Of a stretch of DNA of 64,000 nt, positions 1 to 6,643 are shown piece after piece. The position numbers and the translations under genes are program-made. The notes beneath the pieces were generated by a model. The model worked only from the letters and a program-made list of their open reading frames with translations. It was not told where the DNA came from and made no database searches. How positions within the stretch are numbered: the first letter of the stretch is position 1; the number at the start of each line of letters is the position of its first letter. The stretch lies in the IMG/VR virus record IMGVR_UViG_3300031841_004047; one strand, written 5' to 3'. This DNA is from a virus.

Positions 1-1
1 C

Positions 2-136
2 AATCGTGATAACATCGAAGAAGCTATTACTGTTGGTATACTTGCAAAAGATCTTGGTCCTATTTGTTGGGAAGAAGTAAAGCTAGCAATGGATCTGATA
101 GATGATCTACTAGAAAATGGAATAAGCAATGAATAG
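2..136 (+). CDS. hypothetical protein, 5'-truncated by window edge
   Basis: Open frame NRDNIEEAITVG...ENGISNE* read by hand; stop overlaps next ATG. Confidence 0.6.
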   Translation, partial: NRDNIEEAITVGILAKDLGPICWEEVKLAMDLIDDLLENGISNE

Positions 137-299
137 GCGAGAGAATACATTCTGGATGGATACCGACGGAAACATACGTATCCAATCAAACTTAAGCCCA
201 AAAGACTTAGGAATTCAGCAAGCTGACACGTTCGCTGCGATGATAATTGAAGGAGAATTAGTTCTAGTTAAAATTGATCTCGAATTAAAAGAAAAATAG
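129..299 (+). CDS. hypothetical protein (56 aa)
   Basis: Hand-translated MNRRENTFWMDTDG...LELKEK*; overlaps previous stop; ends 1 nt before the tRNA cluster. Confidence 0.6.
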   Translation: MNRRENTFWMDTDGNIRIQSNLSPKDLGIQQADTFAAMIIEGELVLVKIDLELKEK

Positions 300-300
300 A

Positions 301-376
301 GCTCCTGTAGCTTAACGGTTAAAGCCCCCCGCTCATAACGGGTCGACTGTAGGTTCGAATCCTACTGGGAGCACCA
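301..376 (+). tRNA. tRNA with CAU anticodon; probably tRNA-Ile2 (lysidine) rather than Met
   Basis: Cloverleaf: acceptor GCTCCTG/TGGGAGC, loop CT-CAT-AA, GTTCGAAT T-loop, encoded CCA. C4-G69 and C5-G68 are TilS determinants; initiator features absent. Confidence 0.9.
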
Positions 377-378
377 AT

Positions 379-455
379 GGTCACGTAGCTCAACTGGATA
401 GAGCAGCTGACTTCTAATCAGCAGGTTGAGGGTTCGAGTCCTTCCGTGATCACCA
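379..455 (+). tRNA. trnR: tRNA-Arg(UCU)
   Basis: Acceptor GGTCACG/CGTGATC, anticodon arm GCTGA-CTTCTAA-TCAGC, CCA end. Confidence 0.97.
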
Positions 456-458
456 TAA

Positions 459-535
459 GCCGGTATAGCTCAGTAGGTTAGAGCAAGTGACTGTTAATCA
501 CTGGGTCGGCGGTTCGAGCCCGTCTCTGGGAGCCA
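459..535 (+). tRNA. trnN: tRNA-Asn(GUU) with mismatched, chimeric acceptor stem (possible pseudogene or assembly chimera)
   Basis: Anticodon arm AGTGA-CTGTTAA-TCACT and 3' end GGGAGCCA are Asn-type. The 5' 26 nt are identical to tRNA-His at 805 and pair poorly (GCCGGTA vs TCTGGGA). Confidence 0.8.
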
Positions 536-562
536 AAATGAAGAGGGTAAAGTAGAGGGCAA

Positions 563-701
563 GATTAGACGGTGTCGGCGCTATGCCGGCGTCGTGAGGT
601 GCTAGGAATAACCTGGCGGGGTCTAATCAAAAGAGTAAGTTAGGGTCGCGCCCTAGCCCAGACCGTAAGGCGTAACGGTGACAAGCAGGGAGAGACCTGC
701 A
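563..701 (+). ncRNA. candidate structured ncRNA within tRNA cluster
   Basis: GC-rich and ORF-free. Stems 563-569/622-628, 570-579/585-594, 601-606/612-617, 640-645/651-656, 662-666/675-679, 685-689/696-700. Confidence 0.6.
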
Positions 702-710
702 CAAAGTTTT

Positions 711-800
711 GGAGAGGTGGCAGAGTCTGGCTTAATGCACCGGTCTTGAAAACCGACGTACCGCAAGGTACCCAGGGTTCGAATCCCTGTCTCTCCGCCA
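711..800 (+). tRNA. trnS: tRNA-Ser(UGA)
   Basis: GGAGAGG acceptor, loop CT-TGA-AA, long variable arm GTACCGCAAGGTAC, CCA end. Confidence 0.97.
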
Positions 801-804
801 TAAC

Positions 805-881
805 GCCGGTATAGCTCAGTAGGTTAGAGCGCTTGATTGTGGATCAAGAAGTCCTAAGTTCAATTCTTGGTGCCGGTACCA
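805..881 (+). tRNA. trnH: tRNA-His(GUG), alphaproteobacterial type (no G-1, A73)
   Basis: Acceptor GCCGGTA/TGCCGGT, arm CTTGA-TTGTGGA-TCAAG, discriminator A878, CCA; base -1 is C804. Confidence 0.95.
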
Positions 882-893
882 AAAAAAGGTTAA

Positions 894-970
894 CAGGGTA
901 TAGCTCAGCATGGTAGAGTGCTGCACTTGGAATGCAGAGGTCGTTGGTTCGAGTCCAGCTACCCTGACCA
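894..970 (+). tRNA. trnP: tRNA-Pro(UGG)
   Basis: Acceptor CAGGGTA/TACCCTG, arm CTGCA-CTTGGAA-TGCAG, CCA end. Confidence 0.97.
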
Positions 971-974
971 CCAG

Positions 975-1117
975 AAAGGCAAACGGGGAAAGCCTGACAA
1001 TCACGTCGAACGTACCCAACAAATCCTAGGTAAGGAAGAGGCCCTCTCATCTAGGTCGGTTAAAGCACTGGTACCGTAGAAGAAAACCCAGTCGGTTGCT
1101 GCATACGTAAAATGCAG
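975..1117 (+). ncRNA. candidate structured ncRNA between tRNA-Pro and terminator
   Basis: No credible ORF; hairpins 1025-1030/1050-1055, 1067-1071/1088-1092, 1099-1104/1112-1117 and a GAAA-capped stem near 983-997. Confidence 0.4.
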
Positions 1118-1121
1118 ATAG

Positions 1122-1152
1122 AAAGGGAGGCTCTGCAGTAAGCCTCCCTTTT
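1122..1152 (+). terminator. rho-independent terminator ending the tRNA operon
   Basis: AAAGGGAGGCT / AGCCTCCCTTT 11-bp inverted repeat ending in a T-run. Confidence 0.85.
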
Positions 1153-1154
1153 GA

Positions 1155-1162
1155 TATAAATA
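1155..1162 (+). promoter_or_regulatory. T4-type late promoter (gp55 sigma) TATAAATA
   Basis: Exact T4 late consensus 32 nt upstream of lipase ATG. Confidence 0.75.
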
Positions 1163-1194
1163 TCCTTAGACGTGAAAGGTCTAAGGAGAGGAAA

Positions 1195-1941
1195 ATGGAA
1201 TCAATTAGTCAGATGACTTTTGAGCAAAGGTCACTATTGTTTGCTAAATTGGCCGAGATTGCTTATATGTCACCAAAGGAAGTAAAAAAACCAGCAAGTA
1301 AAATGAATTTCACCGAGGTTGAGTTTTATGATAATGGAGGTGCGCAAGCATACAGGTTTATGAATAAACATGATATCGTGATAGCATGTAGAGGTACAGA
1401 ACCAACCCAGTGGAATGACATTAAAGCAGACTTAAAGGCTATTCCTGTTATGGCAGAAACCGTAAGTAGAGTCCATAAAGGATTTAAAGCTGAAGTCGAT
1501 GATCTTTGGCCTATGGTAAAAGAAGATTTAGAAAGAGTAGGAAAATCGAGAAAAGCTTGGTTCTGCGGTCATTCACTTGGAGCCGCAATGACAACTATCA
1601 TGGCTAGTAGATGTAACTACGATGTGGATATGCCAGATATTGAAGAGGTCTATACTTTCGGGTCACCTCGTGTTGGATTTAAAAGATACTGTGGAAGCTT
1701 AAACGTAGTTCATCACAGATTTGTAAATAATAATGATATAGTTACTCGTGTTCCGTTATGGATTATGGGTTATAGACATCATGGTACTATGCATTATTTT
1801 AACAGACACGGTGATCTAGCAAAAATGACTTGGGGTGATAGACTAAGAGGAATGTGGGATGGATTGAAGAAAGGCTCCATCGATGTTGTAGCAGATCATC
1901 CAATGTCTGCTTATATGCCATGCGTACAAAAAATGCAGTAA
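1195..1941 (+). CDS. class 3 lipase (alpha/beta hydrolase)
   Basis: Nucleophile elbow GHSLG, IACRGT, YTFGSPRVG, RFVNNNDIVTRVP, C-terminal His (DHPM). Confidence 0.9.
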   Translation: MESISQMTFEQRSLLFAKLAEIAYMSPKEVKKPASKMNFTEVEFYDNGGAQAYRFMNKHDIVIACRGTEPTQWNDIKADLKAIPVMAETVSRVHKGFKAEVDDLWPMVKEDLERVGKSRKAWFCGHSLGAAMTTIMASRCNYDVDMPDIEEVYTFGSPRVGFKRYCGSLNVVHHRFVNNNDIVTRVPLWIMGYRHHGTMHYFNRHGDLAKMTWGDRLRGMWDGLKKGSIDVVADHPMSAYMPCVQKMQ

Positions 1942-2447
1942 CACTATTTTTTGTCTTAGTCATAGTATTCGCAGTATTAACAGCTTGTCAGCCTATCGAT
2001 AATGACCCATCTCTGAAGGCTCAAGAATACATTGGACTAGATGAAAATATAGATAGAAATAAGTTGAAAGAATTAGTGGGTGTTGACCCCGCTCGTACTG
2101 AGTGGTGCGCGGCGTTCATTAACGCTGTACTTGATATGCAGGATATACCGGGATCTGAATCAGTAAGTGACTATCCACTTATGGCTCGAAGCTTTTTAGG
2201 ATGGGGAGAAAAAGTTGAAGGCGAACCTCAAAAAGGTGATATAGTAATATTTCCAAGAGGGGATAGGGGATGGCAAGGTCATGTTGGATTTTTTATACGA
2301 GATACTGGTAAAGCCTGGGTAATACTTGGTGGAAATCAAGACAATACCGTAAATTATGCGCTGTATAATCCAAGTAAAGTTATAGATGTCAGAAGAAATA
2401 ACTACCAAAAAAACAGTTTACAAAAAGAAGAAAGTGTGATAGAATAG
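1920..2447 (+). CDS. lipoprotein with TIGR02594-like (NlpC/P60-CHAP) peptidoglycan hydrolase domain
   Basis: Start reassigned to ATG 1920: MRTKNAV + hydrophobic stretch + lipobox LTAC. Motifs WCAAF, ARSFLGWG, GDIVIFPRG, GHVGFF, LGGNQ. Confidence 0.8.
   Translation: MRTKNAVTLFFVLVIVFAVLTACQPIDNDPSLKAQEYIGLDENIDRNKLKELVGVDPARTEWCAAFINAVLDMQDIPGSESVSDYPLMARSFLGWGEKVEGEPQKGDIVIFPRGDRGWQGHVGFFIRDTGKAWVILGGNQDNTVNYALYNPSKVIDVRRNNYQKNSLQKEESVIE
2416..2445 (+). promoter_or_regulatory. T4-like early (sigma70) promoter
   Basis: A-tract, GTTTAC, 17-nt spacer, TGn-TAGAAT; same pattern at 5161, 9119, 10360. Confidence 0.7.
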
Positions 2448-2467
2448 TATCTATGAAAGGAAAAAAA

Positions 2468-2968
2468 ATGAGAATTATAGATGCGTTTATTGGTGCTGGA
2501 ACAACCATGTTTATTGCCCTAAGTGCTACAGTTGCTAGTGCTGAGCTTAAATCTGCTAGAGTATGGCACGTTGAGAAAATAAAAACTTTTAAGCAAGTTT
2601 ATCAATCTCAAACACAGTGTTCTATACAAAGAGTTCCTGTCTATGGTTACGTTACCACTCCTCCTAATAACGGAGACGTGTTGATTGGTGCTATAATCGG
2701 AGGACTTTTTGGTGGTACAGTATCCGGAAAAGATGAAGGTGCTGCGATCGGTGCTGTTCTTGGAGCGACAGTGGCCGGAAATCAGAATAAGACGAGCAGT
2801 AGAGTAACAGGCTATACTAATCAAGAAGTTTGTAACGAGGTTAGTGTTCCAGTAAATGTTGAAGAGAATCAAAATATAATTCATTGGAAAAGAGGCAATA
2901 GGCGTGGATACTTCTATACCTACAATGATTTTAAAGTTGGTGACCAAGTGTGGGTTGATGTTCCGTAG
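2468..2968 (+). CDS. glycine-zipper 2TM envelope protein (YcfJ-like)
   Basis: Signal-like N-terminus; GAIIGGLFGG...GAAIGAVLGATVAG zipper; AGGA RBS favours ATG 2468. Confidence 0.75.
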   Translation: MRIIDAFIGAGTTMFIALSATVASAELKSARVWHVEKIKTFKQVYQSQTQCSIQRVPVYGYVTTPPNNGDVLIGAIIGGLFGGTVSGKDEGAAIGAVLGATVAGNQNKTSSRVTGYTNQEVCNEVSVPVNVEENQNIIHWKRGNRRGYFYTYNDFKVGDQVWVDVP

Positions 2969-2977
2969 GAGATAAGA

Positions 2978-4129
2978 ATGCTATTAGATAATGAATTAAA
3001 GTTAGATTATAGTGATGTTTTAATTAGACCTAAAAGAAGTACACTTGGCTCACGTAAAGAAGTAGATCTTAATAGAAAATTTACTTATGTCAACTTAGGT
3101 GGCGCTAAAGATAGTGAATATGATTACGACGGTGTTCCTATCATGGCAGCTAATATGGATGGTGTTGGTACCATGGAAATGGCTGATGAATTAAGTGAGC
3201 GTTATAATATGTTTACTTGTCTCGTTAAGACATATAGCGCTGAAGAACTCATAGACTTTTTTAATCCAAGAGTTGACTTACGAACAGAATTTGTTGCCAT
3301 GAGTATTGGCATTACAAAAGCTGACAAAGAAAAGCTAGCTCAAGTTTATAACAAAACTCAAAGAAATCTGAAATATGTTTGCGTTGATGTGGCAAACGGA
3401 TACAGCGAACGTTTTGTACAATTTATTAAGTTTCTTAGAGAACATTATCCTTTCCTTGTAATTATTGCAGGTAATGTAGTTACTGCTGATCAAACACAGG
3501 AGTTAATATTAAATGGCGCTGATATTGTTAAAGTTGGTATTGGTCCTGGTAGCGTATGCACTACTAGGATACAGACTGGAGTGGGATATCCGCAACTTAG
3601 TGCGGTTATCGAATGTGCAGATGCAGCACATGGATTGGGTGGCCATATCATTGCTGATGGTGGTTGTACTTGTCCTGGTGATGTTGCTAAAGCCTTCGCT
3701 GCTGGCTCTGACTTTGTAATGCTAGGTGGTATGCTTGCCGGACACGATGAAGGTGGTGGTGAAATAATCACTAAGTACTATCAAAGCAATGAACTAAGAC
3801 CAGAGCGCGAAGCAATGTATGGAGAAATTCCTGAAAAACGCTGGTTTGAAGAAGTCATTGAAGAAAAGAAGTTCGTTCAATTTTATGGTATGAGCAGTAA
3901 AGCCGCTAATGACAAACATTTTGGTGGGCTAAAAGAATACCGTTCATCTGAAGGAAGAGATGTGTTGGTACCATATAGAGGAAAAGTTATAAATACTTTA
4001 AGAGATATCTTGGGTGGCATTCGTTCAACATGTACTTATGTCGGTGCAAGAAAATTAAAACAACTGAGTAAGTGTACTACCTTTGTGAGGTGTACTAACC
4101 AATATAATGGAGTGTATGCAAATAACTAG
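2978..4129 (+). CDS. guaC: GMP reductase
   Basis: [78 protein letters not shown]. Confidence 0.95.
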   Translation: MLLDNELKLDYSDVLIRPKRSTLGSRKEVDLNRKFTYVNLGGAKDSEYDYDGVPIMAANMDGVGTMEMADELSERYNMFTCLVKTYSAEELIDFFNPRVDLRTEFVAMSIGITKADKEKLAQVYNKTQRNLKYVCVDVANGYSERFVQFIKFLREHYPFLVIIAGNVVTADQTQELILNGADIVKVGIGPGSVCTTRIQTGVGYPQLSAVIECADAAHGLGGHIIADGGCTCPGDVAKAFAAGSDFVMLGGMLAGHDEGGGEIITKYYQSNELRPEREAMYGEIPEKRWFEEVIEEKKFVQFYGMSSKAANDKHFGGLKEYRSSEGRDVLVPYRGKVINTLRDILGGIRSTCTYVGARKLKQLSKCTTFVRCTNQYNGVYANN

Positions 4130-4137
4130 GATACGAT

Positions 4138-4437
4138 ATGTCGGAAATACCTTCTGGACCGCAAATAAAAAATATTCAGATGTTAGAGAGCAACGCTAAA
4201 AACGCTCCGTTCAATATGGGTAATTACCCAAATAGCGAAAACATATCTCCACCAGTTAAAAAGAAACCAGTACGAGTAGTTGAGCAATCAACCAGAACAG
4301 ATGTTAATTTAGATTCTCTTAGAGCTTGGCAGGAAAAACAAGATGCTATAAAGGCTATTCTTCTAAATCTTAGAATAAGAGCTTACCTGGATGAGCCTAA
4401 GATAGATCAAGGATCAGTTGTTGATATGGAGGTATAA
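4138..4437 (+). CDS. hypothetical protein
   Basis: ORF track, RBS, stop/start overlap with next gene. Confidence 0.7.
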   Translation: MSEIPSGPQIKNIQMLESNAKNAPFNMGNYPNSENISPPVKKKPVRVVEQSTRTDVNLDSLRAWQEKQDAIKAILLNLRIRAYLDEPKIDQGSVVDMEV

Positions 4438-4736
4438 TGCTTTCTAATTCTTTAGCGAAGGATTTACGAGAAATCGTAAGAAAACACAATTTAGACAAGA
4501 TTTGTAATAAACATGAGTATGAGGTCGTAAAACATATTATGGAATCAATTACTAATTATCAAAGAAAACATGTTAATCCTGGTAATTGGTGGGACCAAGT
4601 AAATAAAAACCCACCATCACCAGTCTATGAAAAAGGATATCCGTCATATGAAGCTGTCAACAGTGAACAACCAGTTCAAGAAAGGTATCATGAATTTATC
4701 TTACGTAAACTAAAGGAAGAAAAAGAAAATGAATAA
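4437..4736 (+). CDS. hypothetical protein
   Basis: ORF track, GGAGG RBS, coupled to neighbours. Confidence 0.7.
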   Translation: MLSNSLAKDLREIVRKHNLDKICNKHEYEVVKHIMESITNYQRKHVNPGNWWDQVNKNPPSPVYEKGYPSYEAVNSEQPVQERYHEFILRKLKEEKENE

Positions 4737-4992
4737 TCAAATATTTGATTTTGGGTTTACGGCAGTTGATGAAAGTGAACTGGAGGCCGTACAAGCTCTA
4801 GGTGCAACTGCAAAAGAAGTTGAAACCAAAGCGGCGGATACTCAAAGTAAGATTGATGAACTATATAATGCTATAATGCCTCTGCTTAATAATCTTAAGC
4901 TCAATCCTGAGAAAGAATATATTCTTTGGCCGGATAGATTAGCTAAAGTCGAAGCATTTGAAGATTATCTTATGGAGATATACAAAAGATGA
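4729..4992 (+). CDS. hypothetical protein (FDFGFTAVDE motif typical of marine T4-like phages)
   Basis: ORF track, coupled; motif recalled from similar phages. Confidence 0.75.
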   Translation: MNNQIFDFGFTAVDESELEAVQALGATAKEVETKAADTQSKIDELYNAIMPLLNNLKLNPEKEYILWPDRLAKVEAFEDYLMEIYKR

Positions 4993-5147
4993 TTGGTAAG
5001 GAGCGTTACTGTAAAAACTGCGGTCATAGATGTCACTGCTACGCTCCAGACTGTTCAGAATGTATCAATGATGTATGCATAAAATGCGTGTGCTCTTCTG
5101 AAAAATCTGTTACAAAAATATCACAGACAGAAAAAAAATTCAAATAG
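4989..5147 (+). CDS. small Cys-rich putative metal-binding protein (52 aa)
   Basis: Hand-translated MIGKERYCKNCGHRCHCYAPDCSECINDVCIKCVC...; ATGA overlap with previous gene. Confidence 0.7.
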   Translation: MIGKERYCKNCGHRCHCYAPDCSECINDVCIKCVCSSEKSVTKISQTEKKFK

Positions 5148-5160
5148 TTGCATTTTTGGG

Positions 5161-5190
5161 GTTTACTTTCTCGATTACTTATGATAGAAA
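5161..5190 (+). promoter_or_regulatory. T4-like early promoter
   Basis: GTTTAC, 17-nt spacer, TGn-TAGAAA. Confidence 0.65.
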
Positions 5191-5217
5191 GATATCATGA
5201 TAAGGAAAGGAAAGTAA

Positions 5218-5463
5218 ATGTTCACGTATAAAGGAAAAACATATGATACATCACACAATTCTATCGTCACTCGCCATGGAGGCCCTTTTGACCGCGGATC
5301 GGCTGATTCGTACTATAGTCGTGGGTTTACTCCTCACTTTTTTTGTGGTGCAACTGGCACGTCTACTCGTATAGAAGAAGTTGACATGTCACCTATGGAG
5401 CTGGAACAATACGCAGCCGGCTACGCTTATAATGAAGAAATGGGTTACAAGAAGGAGTGGTAA
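5218..5463 (+). CDS. hypothetical phage protein (RHGGPFDRGSADSYY motif)
   Basis: ORF track, AGGAAAGG RBS. Confidence 0.8.
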   Translation: MFTYKGKTYDTSHNSIVTRHGGPFDRGSADSYYSRGFTPHFFCGATGTSTRIEEVDMSPMELEQYAAGYAYNEEMGYKKEW

Positions 5464-5465
5464 GA

Positions 5466-5735
5466 ATGACTGTTGCAACTACGTACGATGAACGTATAGC
5501 TCTAATCAAACGGATAGCTGAGCGTCGTAAGAAAATGGAAAAAATCAAGCTTGGGTCTAGGAAAGCTAGAAAAGTAATGTTGGAGGCTCGTAAAAATCGT
5601 AAGGATCCGTTGGAATACCTTAACGTTAAAGAAGGTGAAAATCCAAACCATTGGACTGATGGGTCTAAATACGCCAAAGAATACTATGGTGAAACGTTGT
5701 TTGAAACAACAAGGTATGATAACGAATGGGATTGA
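5466..5735 (+). CDS. hypothetical protein
   Basis: ORF track; start moved to ATG 5466 with GGAG RBS. Confidence 0.75.
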   Translation: MTVATTYDERIALIKRIAERRKKMEKIKLGSRKARKVMLEARKNRKDPLEYLNVKEGENPNHWTDGSKYAKEYYGETLFETTRYDNEWD

Positions 5736-5743
5736 GTCTTATG

Positions 5744-5933
5744 ACTCTTTTCCTCATACGTCCGTGCGGAGGGCAGGCCACCTGAAAACACGATCTCTGG
5801 TGAATATATTCGCCCGTGAAATATCGGTGACGTGAAACCCAGAGATGTTAGTTTCAATCAAACTAGAGCGGCAACGTCAATAAGACCGTGCGGGGAGATT
5901 GGAGATACTAGCTGGGCGTATGAGGAAAGGAGT
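5744..5933 (+). ncRNA. candidate large structured RNA / cis-regulatory element
   Basis: 20-bp closing stem 5744-5763/5914-5933 (2 G-U pairs); inner stems ATCTCTGG/CCAGAGAT, GGTGAA/TTCGCC, TAGTTT/AAACTA, CAGG/CCTG. Confidence 0.7.
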
Positions 5934-5939
5934 TTAGAA

Positions 5940-6140
5940 ATGACTTGGACAGTTACAACACAATTCAGCACTATGTGCCAAGCAGTCGAGAGTGAATTGC
6001 CTGAGTGGTGTGCTGTTGTCTGCGAGACTGAAAAAGAAGCCAGGGAATGGTTTCAAGTTCATGTCAGGGGAAGGCATAGCAAAGCTAGAGTTGTTACCTT
6101 GACAAAAGAAAAAGAAGTAGTGGAGACTAGGTTTTTATGA
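5940..6140 (+). CDS. hypothetical protein (66 aa)
   Basis: Start moved to ATG 5940 behind AGGAG RBS; the longer track ORF runs through the structured RNA. Confidence 0.65.
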   Translation: MTWTVTTQFSTMCQAVESELPEWCAVVCETEKEAREWFQVHVRGRHSKARVVTLTKEKEVVETRFL

Positions 6141-6145
6141 GGATT

Positions 6146-6219
6146 GCGGATGAAGTGTTACGGTAGCACGTCGGTCTCCAAAACCGAAAGACAGGGTTCA
6201 ATTCCCTGCATCTGCGCCA
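6146..6219 (+). tRNA. trnW: tRNA-Trp(CCA)
   Basis: Acceptor GCGGATG/CATCTGC, arm TCGGT-CTCCAAA-ACCGA, G73, CCA end. Confidence 0.95.
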
Positions 6220-6265
6220 ATTTTCGCGAAACGGTAGCGGGGACCGTCTGCATGCCCGACAAAAC

Positions 6266-6643
6266 ATGAGGAAAAGAATGATGGACAAATATTTGGACAA
6301 ATATTATACAGACGAAGAATTAGACGAAATGTTAGAGCACTATGAGAGCCTGATGAATAATAGACCGGAACGGGTTTATTGCCACGCAGAGTATTATGGG
6401 CAACGCGAATTTGAATGGACGAAGGGTACTTGGCATATCTACTCTAATCTTTATAATTCTAACACTGTTGAATACGTCCGCGCTGACCTCTTTGAAGAAT
6501 TGGAAGAGAAGCTGGAGAAGGTGAAAGAGAGCTTAAAAGAAATACTGTCGACCTCGGATAGACAATTAGAACATATGTCTGCTCAAGGTGTTCTAAAAGT
6601 ATATGTAAAAGACATAATCAGAGAACTAACTGAGGAAGAATGA
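6266..6643 (+). CDS. hypothetical protein (EYVRADL motif, C-terminal coiled coil)
   Basis: ORF track; true start may be 6278. Confidence 0.75.
   Translation: MRKRMMDKYLDKYYTDEELDEMLEHYESLMNNRPERVYCHAEYYGQREFEWTKGTWHIYSNLYNSNTVEYVRADLFEELEEKLEKVKESLKEILSTSDRQLEHMSAQGVLKVYVKDIIRELTEEE

Noticed and set aside
301-376. CAU tRNA as initiator fMet
   Set aside because: G1-C72 is paired and the three G-C pairs of the initiator anticodon stem are absent
977-998. GGCAAAC..GAAA..GAC resembling a c-di-GMP-I riboswitch
   Set aside because: The following GCAAAG and P1/P3 elements are missing, and it ends at a terminator rather than leading a gene
816-1050. Minus-strand ORFs 816-1022 and 844-1050
   Set aside because: They are antisense to tRNA-His and tRNA-Pro; shadow ORFs
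5781-5840. CTGAAAA...GAAAC resembling a hammerhead ribozyme core
   Set aside because: G8 is A (CUGANGA not met), stem II closure mismatches, and it conflicts with the stronger ATCTCTGG/CCAGAGAT stem
5744-5933. Identification as RNase P RNA, tmRNA, SRP, cobalamin riboswitch or group II intron
   Set aside because: Only fragments match (GAGGAAAG, GTGCG); conserved cores such as ACAGAACCCGGCTTA, tRNA-like ends or domain V are absent
5635-5939. Track ORF 5635-5835 and the long start of 5832-6140
   Set aside because: They overlap a real gene and the structured RNA and lack an RBS; ATG 5940 has a good RBS
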